Part shown: positions 1 to 12,567 of the stretch, piece after piece | How the letters are laid out: each line of letters opens with the position of its first letter | Position numbering within the stretch: the stretch's first letter is position 1 | Assembly: GCF_037042905.1 (NCBI RefSeq) | Contig: NC_087251.1 | Coordinates: forward strand, 44,888,001-44,952,000 | Origin: Lytechinus pictus | Taxonomy: Eukaryota | Direction: 5' to 3' | Length of the DNA stretch: 64,000 nt | The notes under the pieces: model-generated | Told to the model about the DNA's origin: nothing | Database searches by the model: none | The model's input: the letters and a program-made list of their open reading frames with translations, nothing else | Program-made: the position numbers and the translations under genes

Positions 1-235
1 AACTGTAGGAAAAATCGTATAAAATTACACTTTTTGATATTTCTACGAAGACGAAGTTATATAGAAAATGAAGAATATTACAATCAGACCATATCCCTAG
101 AAAATTGCTTCAAGAAATGTCATTATGAAGAGGAAATGGACAAAAATTTGTGAAGAAAAATCACGAAAAAGGAAATCGCATCATGAATATTCATATCATG
201 GGCGGTCCCACATTTGCATGTTATAGCGAGTTTTC

Positions 236-1140
236 CATTATTTAATAAATAATGGCATTATTTAATAAATAATGTCATTATTTAATAAATAATGGTTATT
301 TGTATATAAATAATGATTATTTGTATATAATGGCAAACTGTAAAAATTGTTTATAAATAATGATTATTTATAAATAATGGGATATTGAAACAAAATTATT
401 ATTTATAAATAATGAAGTAGATATTTCATTATTTAACAAATAATCTTTATTTATAAATAATGGAAAACTCGAACATTAAATAATGATTATTTATAAATAA
501 TGAGAATAATGGTGCACTCGAAAAAATTATTTATAAATAATGAAGTAGACGTTTTCATTATTTAACAAATAATCATTATTTATAAATAATGGAAAACTCA
601 ACAAATTATTTATAAATAATGAAAAACAAATAATCATTATTTATAAATAATGAAAAACAAATAATCATTATTTATAAATAATGAAAAACAAATAATCATT
701 ATTTATAAATAATGAAAAACAAATAATCATTATTTATAAATAATGAAAAACAAATAATCATTATTTGTAAATAATGAAAAACAAATAATCATTATTTATA
801 AATAATGAAAAACAAATAATCATTATTTATAAATAATGAAAAACAAATAATCATTATTTGTAAATAATGAAAAACAAATAATCATTATTTATAAATAATG
901 AAAAACAAATAATCATTATTTATAAATAATGAAAAATAAATAATCATTATTTATAAATAATGGAATGTCGAACTATTATTATTTACAAATAATGAAGTAT
1001 TACTTGGAATTATATATAAATAATTAGAAATGATATTTTATATAATAGTAGTTATTTACAAATAAAATGTAAATTATATATAAATAATAGTTATTATTTA
1101 ATAAATAATGATTATATAACAAATAATTGTTCTATATAAT
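236..1140. repeat. AT-rich minisatellite (31-bp unit TATAAATAATGAAAAACAAATAATCATTATT, ~11 near-perfect copies at ~611-960) with degenerate flanks
   Basis: Unit is directly visible; successive units create the perfect palindrome ATTATTTATAAATAAT and the hairpin AAATAAT-C-ATTATTT. Confidence 0.9.
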
Positions 1141-1489
1141 ATTGGTACATTCGGCGTCTCATAGCTGCCCGGAAATCAGTTGATGGCAGGTTCGAATCCC
1201 ACTGGTTTCAATTTTTTCTGACTTATGATTTTCATTACAGATCGAGCATGCGATCTTAAACACATAGGAGTAATGCCGATTTTTTTTTACAAATTATAAT
1301 GAGTTTGATTTCAACATTAAATGTTTCAATAAAACTCATTTGAAATTTTCTAGACAGTAAACCCTTTTTGCTCTTTTTATTTATTTCTTGTTCCTTTTCT
1401 TTTAAAGTTTACATTATTGATAATTTACCCTTATCATCCTCTGTAATAAATGCATATCATTTCAAAACGACTGAAGCCAATTTTTCAAG

Positions 1490-1990
1490 GCTCGCTCACT
1501 ACGCTCACTTGCCGCAACTTTTCCCATAGCCCCCTTGAAAGACGATTTGGTCATTCTGTCTTCCATCTATTGAAAATTTGCTAGCACGCTTTGCTCGCTC
1601 GCATTTGGATATTAACTGCAATTCAGTAGTTGACGTCACAACAAATCCATTACAAAAAAAACATCGTGAGAGCTGTCCTTCAAGTGGAAGATATTAGTAT
1701 TATGTACTCAATTACATACCCCTACAAAATATAGCTCGTGGTGTGATAATTACACACCACTTGAAGATGCTTTGGACACCATTCTTTCTTGCACCTACTG
1801 AAAATTTGTTCGATCGCTATGATCACTCGCCGCATTTATTCAATAAATACACTTCATGAAAGGCGTTTTTGGTCATGTCTTCTAAGTACTGAAAATTTGC
1901 TAGCTCGCATTTGGATATTAACTGTAGTTCAGTAGTCTATATCACAGCAAATCCACTACAATATAGCTATTGAAAAAATCGTGAGAGCCC
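1490..1990. repeat. Degenerate tandem subrepeats (GAAAATTTGCTAGC...GCTCGCATTTGGATATTAACTG), reverse complement of the family at 35.3-36.9 kb
   Basis: Segment ~1572-1670 recurs at ~1890-1988; CGCTCGC motifs are shared with the GCGAGCGCGAAGCGCGAG units upstream of MNAT1. Confidence 0.55.
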
Positions 1991-2510
1991 TTTAAACTGA
2001 AATATGAAATTATTTTGTTCACGGTTATATACCCCGTATACAGTACATAGCCCTTGGAGCGGGGTGTCCCCTAAATTTGTAATGTCAATATATTGTCATC
2101 ACCCCCCCCCCCCCCTGCTCGAAGCGGATTTACCCAAGTGCATAATGAAAAGTATGTCGGTCAGTTTAAGACACTGTTCAAAACACTCATTTTATCAGAT
2201 GAATCTCTGGAATGACCATTACATGCAAGCTAGTTGTGTGTCGGTCAATATCAGGTGCACAACAGCTTCGATTTTCAGTATTAATTGATTCATATTTTGT
2301 TCAATGATTTTTGTATTATTTGTATTTTTGTATTACCAAGTTTTAATTAAAACAGAAACCAGTGCGCTTAGAAAACCCGTTTCAATCGCCTCATATATGT
2401 GTATTTTTTATTATTTTTGTTTCTGATGTCAGTTTGCTGGAATATATCTTTTTCTTGTTTTTTTTGTCTTTTTCTTTTTTGGGGTCTTTTTTCAATTGAA
2501 AAATGCTCAC

Positions 2511-3168
2511 CTAAACCTGGCACAAAAATGTTGAATAAGAGAAGGATCCAAGCCAATTTGACTGGAAGATACGGAATAGCAGCCAGGAGAGGATTGTCCA
2601 CCGAGTTGACCCGAGACACCTGCTGCTGACCATCACCCGTTCCACCTTTAGGCAACTCAGTGAACGATGCCCCCGTCCCCATGGCGATGAAAGCAGATGC
2701 CACTCGACCGGATGCCAGTGAGTTCCTTGAGCTAGGTCTCGAACCTGAACCCTGGATGGATCCATTCCTAGATTGCCTGGTCCAGACCGAGTTCTGACTG
2801 AGGTTGTCAACATCCGTTGGCTTGTCATTCTTCATCAACCCACTTCCGGTATGGACGCTGGACTCGGAGCCGACAGCGGTGATGACCACCTCCGGATTCT
2901 TCTCTCTGGTCTCTGGATGATCTACCGCTCCTGCTGCTCGTTTTGCAGGAGATGGCGGCGCGTCCAGCAGATTCCTGTCCGGGGCCTGGGTCGTCGATAT
3001 TCGAGACTTCCATTTCACAGTTGCGTTGCATATCGCAGAGGACTTGGGGATTTCTGAAGTGACGGGTATCTGGTTGGGTAACTCGACTGCAGGATCTAAT
3101 CGGTGGTTGATGGGTGATGTATCCCCAAGAAGCTCCACCTTGTCACTGCTGGGACCGTTTCGCATCAT
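2511..3168 (-). CDS. STUM: stum/SPEC3-family membrane protein, first coding exon (downstream exons not located in the window)
   Basis: The ORF reaches LLAAIPYLPVKLAWILLLFNIFVPGLG, the start of the conserved SPEC3/Stum domain, then a phase-1 donor G|GTGAG at 2510. An in-frame TAG lies 6 codons upstream of ATG 3168. The ORF tail beyond 2510 is intronic. Confidence 0.8.
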
Positions 3169-3376
3169 GCTTGGTTTCGTTCTCTATGGTTCTTAAAGAA
3201 TTAGCAAATCACTTTTTCGATCGAGATACCATATGAAATCTAATTACATCGTGAATGGCGTGGCAAATAATTTTTCGCCTAGATCTTCAGTATGTTCAAA
3301 GTGGTCCTTGTCGATCAAGGCTTTCGATGTCTACATGTTGATTTATTGTACTCTTGTTGTCTTGGTGTATTCCCAC
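3169..3376 (-). other. Spliced 5'UTR portion of the stum-like exon
   Basis: Acceptor GTTTCATTTTCCAG| ends at 3377 on the minus strand; there is no open frame into ATG 3168. Confidence 0.55.
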
Positions 3377-6300
3377 CTGGAAAATGAAACATAGCATAAA
3401 TAAATGAATAGAACTGATAACTGTGAAATTAGTTTGTAACTGAAGTCGATTCCTAGGTCCGGCATCAACAGTTGAGATATCTACAAGAACTATAAACTCC
3501 TAAAAAAAAGTTTACTAGTTTTGTTTGAGTAACGCACTGCTTTCTATTCAAAACTTTTTAACCACAGATGTGTAAACGTTGCCCAAATATAATCAAGCCG
3601 ATATGGGCAATCAGTGTATACTAAATATGCTCCAACTGTTTGTCATATGCAACACTTCTTGCTTGGCATACTTAATTCTTCCAATTATTGCTTAACCTTT
3701 TGACGATGTTCCGGCACTATAAAATTGGGAAAATGAATATTTTGACGTATGGTTTATACTTGAATACAAAGTTACAAAGCTCATGCGAAATTATAATCAG
3801 ACCTACGGAGATGACATTGCCATTCTTGTATGTCAATCAGATAGGAAAGAATAAAAGTATGTCCTGTGAAACGCTATAAACTGTTTTTCAATGAGTCAGA
3901 GAAATTGTAACGAAATAGTAAGTGAATGCTTAGTTGGGTGTAAATGCCTGTATGAATGTCAACAGTTTCATGGACAGCAGTCGATCTGGTCAAGTTCGTT
4001 AAATATAAATTATGGTCGGTTGGAAACATTGAACGTTGCCTACAAAGAAATTTGTCAAATGCTATGTAAATTCAATAAACAAAAGTTTGACAACTAATGC
4101 CCACTTTAGTGTTTAATAGACAGCACGCGACCAAATGTTGGTTAAAAAATAATACGCAATCAATTCAATTGACGGGGTCGTAAAGTAACTGGGAATACTG
4201 AAAGATGTCCAAAAGAAATTGCGCATGGCGTAAACGTAAATATGTATACATATTCCATTGGTATATGTTGTGATGTCAAATATTACCGTTCGCAAAATCA
4301 CGATGGAGATGGAAGTTAAAACTCCTACATTCTTTCTCAATGCAACAAGGTCATGATTAGATGAATTGTGAAAACGAAAATTATTCAGTCTTACACTTAC
4401 GCATATACAGCTCTTGGCAAACGGTGTTCCAACTGGCATGCTCAGTATATATATATATAGGTCTATTCATCAAGTAGAAAGGTGCTTCAGATTTGAACTG
4501 TCTACTAGTATATCATCTTGGTTCTTAAAAACCACGCCACTAGTCCCAAGAATATGTAACTTAAAACCGTGAGTCCTTTGGTAGCGGTTGTAAACACAGT
4601 TTTTAACAGTCGAATTAAACAACACAACTAAAAGAGTCTACACCAATCATCAATACTGTTCACAGTGATAATTCCATATGTCCAACACTCACTGATTTGC
4701 GTATAGGCTATAACCATACCATCACCGTCCCAGTCTCGTTATTAATTAAAAACAGAGATAGCAATGGAACATCCCGTGGTTCATCCAAGGCTCTCCGCTT
4801 ATTGATCGATTGACAGTCCTCCTTCGCCTTGCTCCACAGTGCACCCAGTCAATAACAAGTAATATCTGTCTTGCTTACAGACATTATTAGCACCTCACAA
4901 TTGCAGCTTTCAGCGGGGAGCCGGGTGTATAATACATGATATTGCCCGAATATTATAGTTGCCACAGAACGGATATATTGTTATGAATACGGTGTGCCAT
5001 GACTATAATTGATTTGTGAACATGAAAAGGGTCCAATTGAATAACACATTGAACGTTCAAAGTTCCGTTTAGCATTTATATTGATTTATCCCTCCGAGGT
5101 CACAGTCATCGATTGAGGGGATTTTGAACTTTGCACATTTTATATACGGGTTTAAGAAAATCAAAAGAGCGTTTCACGAGAGGATTTTATGAACGTTTCA
5201 TCCGACAAAGCACTTTGTATCTGATAGTTAAAATAGAAACAGTGCTTCTCAGCCAATTAAGAAAATGATTTTTTTTTTATTCCGACAACTTAATGGACAA
5301 AGGATATTGATAAAACACTCCCCGAATAGACTACTAGCTGAAATTGTTTGTGCATTGAAATGTTGAGGTATTTTAATTCTATACTGTATATAAGTATATA
5401 ATTATGATGATTTAAAAGATTTGAAATAATTATATCGAGCCTGCGATCTTTGAAAAACTATTCATCCGAGATTAAATGAGAACCATCAATTTCTCCAAGA
5501 TAATCACAATTAAATGAATAAAATAATGCGCCATACTCCAATCTGTCTGTAGACCTAAATAAAGTGCATTGACTGAGAGATATGAGCAAGACAGTGTGCA
5601 TTTTTTATTATTACAAGATCACTCCTGCAAATATCTTTGTACTGATTATTCATGTAATCACATTTTCTCTCACATTGACTCAACTTCCTTCATTTTGGCA
5701 CACCATGGCATATACCAGTCCGTTGTCACAGCAACGTGGATATTTTTGTTCACCATGACCCCGCGTCAGTATATCCCAAAACAGTTCAGTGAGCATTTAC
5801 AACAGCACCAAACCCCTGCATTGGCATTGCATAGAAATAATCAATTTGATCGATGGAATTATTGAAATATCGTATGCCATTGAATTGGAAAATTATATTA
5901 TCAAAAACTACAGTCGCCTCAATTTAGCGGATCATCTAGCGATAAAGAATTAGGAAACATGTTTTACACACGACAGCATAGATGGAAATTGTGGTACTCC
6001 CCGCACCTCCTCCAAGTGCCATGAGAAGAAAAAAAGGAAGAGGGAATAAGTAATAAAATAAAACCTCTTTGGGATTATTATCATAATCAGAATAGGAATA
6101 AAATGCTTTGTTCGTGCCTCGTCTGATGAATTTGTTAGCTTTATTGCGAGGGAGCAAAGCGAGCGAAGAAAATTAAACGATCGGCGTTAACGTTTTTGTC
6201 ATTATCCAAATACTATATAAGCTGATGAAAAATTGATCTATATTTTCATTCTCTATCCTCTATACCGATTGCAACTCTACGTAGTCGTAAAAGCAAACAA

Positions 6301-6548
6301 AACAAACTTTACTTTATCACTTTGTCGTATATCTACAAGCGAGTGGAGCGAATGACCTTCAATTTGAACAGGGCCTATTAACTAATGGATCATCATTGTT
6401 CAATTAAACATTTATTTTCTTCCGATTGACATTCCATCAAATTTCATATAAAATATATAGAAATCAATAATATAGTAATAAAACAATGGATGTAATGTAA
6501 TTTATATACATGGAAGAAGGCGTAATATAAACCCAGAAAGCATGCCCG

Positions 6549-6565
6549 TATATATATATATAAAA

Positions 6566-6613
<48 letters not shown>

Positions 6614-6760
6614 CATTCCGCGTGTTGGACACAGATGAGATAAAAGAGGCAAAGAGGTAGGCCTATAATGCATTGTAACATAGTTTCAACAAAGTTTATT
6701 TCCCAGTCCAAATTTTCGACGTAAACTGACGTCTTCTTCAGTGAAACAATAAAGCTCACA

Positions 6761-6833
<73 letters not shown>

Positions 6834-7187
6834 ATGATAATAATATAACATTTATAAGGCGCTTATACTACTGGTGTTTCTAAGCGCACTGTGTTCTGTT
6901 TATGGTTTGTACTTGGGTTAAAAAAAAGATTGGCAGGGGAAAATGACACAACTAATACAACTATATACTAATAACAAAAAAATAAACAAAAATAAAAACT
7001 GGTGTGCACCTCCAATTGACCGACCCACAACTGTGAATCTTAAATAAACAGTTAGGTTTTGAGCAAGTTATATATCATAACCTTGTTCATTGAATGAGTG
7101 GTTTTGAGTAGGGTTTTGAACTGATTCACAGACTTGGCATTATGAATGTAAGATGGTAGCTTATTCCAAAGGGAAGGGGCAATTGAA

Positions 7188-7242
<55 letters not shown>
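6549..7242. repeat. Three (TA)n microsatellites (~6549-6611, ~6766-6833, ~7190-7242)
   Basis: Seen directly. Confidence 0.95.
7050..7190 (-). mobile_element. L2/CR1-type LINE 3' fragment
   Basis: Translates SIAPSLWNKLPSYIHNAKSVNQFKTLLKT, the typical C-terminal motif of L2-clade ORF2. Confidence 0.65.
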
Positions 7243-7247
<5 letters not shown>

Positions 7248-7359
7248 TCGAAAAAAAATGTTAAAAGGTGGTATGTCAGTGTGCATGGCTTGCCGTAAAC
7301 GCATTTTCTCTCAATATACGGTACCCGCGGTACGTTGCGGCGCGGCGGTCTATTTTTCC

Positions 7360-7428
7360 AAGAGTTGAGTGTCAATCAGCTATTCCGTCGGTCGAAATGG
7401 AATAGATCTCTAATGGACATTAATTCAA
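7360..7428 (+). other. Putative non-coding first exon of TRMT5 behind a CpG-rich promoter patch (~7290-7350)
   Basis: Local CpG cluster (CGCGGTACGTTGCGGCGCGGCGG) followed by a donor AA|GTAAGT at 7429. The 5' end is a guess. Confidence 0.5.
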
Positions 7429-8619
7429 GTAAGTTTCAGGTAAACGTAATTCATACCACATAATACGGCATGCCCATAATACATAAATTCGTTCCTGATC
7501 TTCCTAACTTAAATATCATCATAAAATTTGACTCATTGAGAAACTGAGATGTCTGATCGAGGCCTTTTAGTTTTAAATTGTAGATGTGAGTGTGTAGCCC
7601 CACGTCTTTCTTTCTGTGTTTGGTTTTGTGAATTTGTCTCTCAATTCAAAATGTGTCTAAAATAGTCTAATGTCAGGCCTAACGATAGATCTAAGTTATT
7701 CTAACGTTAATGAATTCCTTTATCTCAATGGTGTAGATATATCTTGATGCAAATGATTGGATGATTTGGCGATGATCTGGGATGAGAATTAAGTCCATAT
7801 ATCACTGCTGCACTGATTTTAAAATTATGTAAAAATTACTAATAGGACCTACTAAAAATGTTAAATGGACAAATGGTAAAAACTAAAAAGACAAAATGGT
7901 TGGTAGAAAAACTGTACATAGACGAATTTGGATTAGAGCTATCTGGAATATATGAGACCAAATGGCAAGTTTGCAACAGTAAGTAAGTATGATAGAAATA
8001 ATGATACGAAAAAACTGCTTTAAAAAATCGAGCAAGAGAAATAGTGTCTCTTTTAATATGCTGTAAACCAAGAGGAAGTTTTTACTTGCAAGGTGCACAC
8101 TCACTTTAAATGTTTATATGGCAAGTTCCCCCAAGTCTGCGCAGTCCCCCTGAAAGGAGATACGCAACAAACACAAACTTTACACATACAAGTCAATACG
8201 TAGACAGATATTCATCAAAAAGTCTGATTCAAAATGGTGGAAAAATAATGAATTTGGGGCATTTATTGGGACGGCCCCAAATTTCAGCCTTTCTCATCAA
8301 AATCCCTGAATCGTGTGCAAAGTGAATGGGTGCGCAGACATGGGGTACCATTTTTTTGTTCAATCTGAAAATGACTGCCCGGAGTTTTTTCCAAGAAAAT
8401 ATATATCTTTAAAATTTTTATGAGATATTTGGCACACTAACTCATAATGAGGTAAGAAACATTATCAACTGAAATAAAAAGAAATTCATGTTAAATCTGA
8501 ACGCAAATCGTTTGGTGCGCAGACTTGGGGACCACCATCATTAGTGAAATTTCAAATTACTTCACCATGGCACCTCGCACTGAGTGATATACAGAATGTT
8601 TTCATACGTTATACCGAGG

Positions 8620-8746
8620 TTTTTTACCTGACTGCTAAGAAGCACGAATGCCTGTGAGCAAGCAACCAGGGGACCAACCGCTTAAGACCCTCTCGGAGGG
8701 ACCTGGTAATGAGGATAAATGCCTTACCAAAGGGCACTAGCGCACC
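8620..8746 (-). mobile_element. 3' part of a tRNA-derived SINE (same family as 30142-31065), uninterrupted
   Basis: Reverse complement matches GCTAGTGCCCTTTGGTA.GGCATTTATCCTCATTAC.AGGTCCCT...CTTAAGC...GTTGCTTGCT...CAGGTAAAAAA. Confidence 0.75.
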
Positions 8747-9128
8747 ACTCCCAGGATAGCTTTGAAGCTGCTGAAAGGGATTACTCTTCAAGGTTCAAGG
8801 TGCATTATGCATCACATTCAATTGAACCAGAACTTTTAAAATGATTGAACCACACACCCAATAGACCTAAATGCATGTGATGTCATAATCTCATAGCGCC
8901 CTCGCTCAGAGGATATAGGAATACGCACTTATGGAGTTATCAGAGATGGCTCGTTGTAGATCATACAATGCAATGACTTCAGGCTCTCAGATCATGCCCG
9001 GCTCAGTGGCAGCACAATGATATCGATGCATATCATCTTACCACATCTTATTCGGCCCAGATAGTATTGGAATGTGAGGCATTTAGGATGATTTTTTGTT
9101 GTTGCCTTAATAGACAGGGCTCCACACT

Positions 9129-9564
9129 GGTTTATTTCCAATTCCTATAAATGCCAATTCATCCAATTGCCAACTCGTCTAGACGTCTAATATCATTTGG
9201 TCTACCCTCAGTTTGTCCACTATACACATGGTCTATTTGCCGATTAGTCCACTCACCATTTCATCTAATATAAATATTCAGTTGGTGCAATAGCCATTTA
9301 GTCCATATACCATTTGGTCTAATTGGACTAAGTATTAATTGTGCAAAATGGATGAAAATAAAATCGATATTAGACCGACTGGTTATGAGATGAAATGGCC
9401 ATCTAGACAAAATGGTGATTAGACGAAGTGACGATTAGACCAAATGGTTATTGGACCAAACGGTTGTTAGATGAAATGTTGATGGACGGAATGGCATAAG
9501 ACTTAATGAAAGTAGACCATGTGGTGAGTGGACGAGTTGGCAGTAGACGAATTGGCAATTTACC
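9129..9564. mobile_element. Foldback MITE with 8-bp TSD (Merlin-like), nested in a hAT-like MITE (~9115-9982)
   Basis: TSD TCCACACT at 9121-9128 and 9565-9572; GG...CC termini; long imperfect inverted repeats; second copy at 47911-48273. Confidence 0.75.
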
Positions 9565-10078
9565 TCCACACTAACCCTTTTTTTTCTACTGGTTGACATG
9601 ATCATATCGGACCAGTAGATACCCAGTTTTTCAATTTTTCACTAGTCCAAAAAATTTACTGGTTCCAAAAAATAAAGAAAACATAAAAAAGACTTGATTT
9701 CATTTTGCTGTCTATTATGGCGTATTGTTACCCCACTCCCCCCCCCCCCAAAAAAAAAAAAACTATTCATGAGAGTCATTTCTCAATTTTATAGAGTCAT
9801 TTTTGTAAAATGCTGGAGCCATGTTTATAATTTATGAAAGAGAATAAAATATCATTTTTATCAGTTTGATGTAATTTTTACTGGTCAAGTCGGACCAGTA
9901 AATCTGGCTATTTCTAAATAGTGGCCCGACAGCAATTTTTACGGACCTGGGACTGTCAGACCAGTGCCAGTGTTGCGCACTGGCTTAGATCCTATTGTGA
10001 TATGTGTACATCTCAATCATTCTTTGTTTCATTTTCAATATACAGGTGCAGATGTGGATGATTTGACAAGGCTGTTCC

Positions 10079-10652
10079 ATGTTCTTTGCAAAGCCAAGAT
10101 TGATACTTAAAGACCTTAACAAGGTACTGGCCCTGCGGATACACTGTAGAAGCAACAGACTAGCAGCAATGGCTTCAATACATCCATTCACTCTGGATGT
10201 CTTCCAACCACCAACTAACATTACGCAGTCAAATGACATCGACAGAGAAGCATTCAGGAAAACCGTCACCATACCTGCTCTGAAAATCAACAAACGGTGT
10301 ATACATAAACTCCTCAAGGCATTCAAGTTGGCTTCATTCAGTCGACCCCGCTTTGCTCCCATCCGCGACATCCCGGCGAACCCGGATGATAAGTTCCTGC
10401 TCCTTGATCCACAGAATATATGTCACGTGGATGCCATGACAGACAAACAACGATCCGTCTTGAAGGAGAACGGTGTAGAGGAAAGATTGCATGAATATAC
10501 CTTGGAGCTTACCTACAAGGACTGGCACGCTCATGAAGTGCTTCAGAGATTGTTGCCTGATGGTGTCGAAGTTCCCACTGGTTTTAGCAGGATTGGCCAC
10601 ATCATGCATCTGAATCTCAGAGAGTCCCAGTTGGAGTATAAAAAGTTGATAG
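10079..10652 (+). CDS. TRMT5: tRNA (guanine(37)-N1)-methyltransferase Trm5, coding exon 1
   Basis: Motifs ...VLQRLLPDGVEVPTGFSRIGHIMHLNLRESQLEYKKLIG; acceptor TACAG| at 10045; donor ATAG|GTAAG at 10653 (phase 1). Confidence 0.93.
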
Positions 10653-12567
10653 GTAAGACTGGATTGATAGCTTGATCCTACCATCTTTGCAGATACAGTG
10701 AATATACTAGGTGAATCTGCCTTGGCCTTGGTCAAATCTTTTGGGACCACTGAAACCTGATTGACTTAGGCAGGCCAAATTTGACTGAGAAGATGTAGGC
10801 CCTACATACATGTATGGTACTTACACATGTTTGCATAAGGTCGACTTCAACAGAGTCTATTGTTTGTCCTTTGAATTATCATGATTAATTTGTTACAGCA
10901 GGTATCTTGAAGCCACTGAATTAGAAAGATTTATTTGTGAAATGTGGAAAAAAATATATGCAACATCCATATTAGTCTATGCACTGGAGCAAAATGATGC
11001 TACAGATTTATTTGAAGACATTCTGTTTGTTTAGGGCCATGTGTCATCAGGGTCGTTCACCAAAAAGGTTGGTGCTGTTACATATATGGGTTAATTTGTA
11101 CAGTTATTCCTACATATTTTCAAAATCAAAGGAGTTATGCCAGCAAGATTGGTATCATTTTGAAGCTGAATTCATTGGCTAATAATCTAGAAAGTTTCAT
11201 TGCTCTAAGAGAAATAGAACTTGAGTTACATGTCTTTAAAGACGGAGCACCAGGCGTGGAGTTATCAGAGATGGCTCGTTGTAGATCACCTTGTACAATG
11301 CAATGACTTCAGGGTCTCAGTACCTCGAGCGAAGTTCGTGCACATTATTTCTTCACAGTTATTCTTAATTTCAATGTAGCTTTTGTTTAAAAAACAGAAA
11401 ATGTGATTTCAACTATTCTTTAGGATGAAAGTGATACTTGATTTTGTTACAGATCTTAAAGGTCAAATGACACAGGTCAGAGACATTCAGACCAACAATA
11501 TGTGAAGAATCTTAAAAGAATTATTCGGTCTAATGCTATTACAATTTCCTTTGAACTGTTTTATACCTTAAATCAAATGAACACAGCAGATGAAGGCAAA
11601 AGTAGCACACACAATATATCAATTTCTTTATATTTTGGGGGAAAAAATTGACTAAGTTCTGATTGATTTTTAATTAATTTCTTGACCATAAACCCAATAA
11701 AATTATACATTGTTAGAAAGGTCTGACTCTGCACTGTACAGAAATATGATTATTTGGGTCATAGGGGGACTATACAAATTATTATTATCATAAATATGAG
11801 ATTTAAAAAATTATTAATATTTTTCTATTCAACATAACAATTATGTCTTACACCTAATGCTATTTCTTAGTGCACTTTTGGATTCATTAAGCAATTTCCT
11901 TTCTTAAAATATATACTTTTACTATCATAGGGTGTATAGTTGAGATAGAGACTTTTGATGATAGAAACGCAACAGGAGGAAAAATAACCATGTAACGCAG
12001 AAGTAAACAACCTCATGACACATGACCGTAGGGTTAAGGATAAGGATTTATCAGACAGTTTAGGATTTTTATTTATTTTCTATTGAGTGTTTTGGGGAAG
12101 TTTTTTTTTTGAAGTGTTGTAAATGTCTTGAAAACCTACAATGTAATGAAGCAATATAGGCCTACTGACAATATTTTCATTTTCTTTGACATTACCATAT
12201 AATCTGCATATCTTCCAATTTCATGGTAGGAATTACATAGAAATGATAGTCCTGAATGACACAATGTCAAATAAGTATCACTTGCTTATGGAAAGATTTA
12301 TAGATTAATTTGAAGAAAAAAAAACACCCGGAGATTCCTCCTTGCCATAAAAAAACCCCGATGAATTGAAAAGAATGTTGACCTCATGTTATATATTTAG
12401 ATTACAATGATATCACAATGTCACACTAGCTATCTGTTTAATTTTTTATGTCACATTTCTATGTTTTTATGTAACTACATGCAATTCAATGCAAGGGTTC
12501 TACAAGAATCAAGTTTTTAAATGTTTCCCTCTTACAATCATGTTCTTTTTTTCTCTCCATAATTCAG

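Noticed and set aside
611-960. CRISPR-like array
   Set aside because: The repeats are contiguous with no unique spacers, and the context is eukaryotic.
2368-2510. Lys-rich C-terminus of the 266-aa ORF
   Set aside because: It lies past a GTGAG donor where stum homology would continue, so it is intron read-through.
4879-4930. Upstream non-coding exon of the stum-like gene (donor GTAAGC on minus)
   Set aside because: A lone donor-like motif with no other support.
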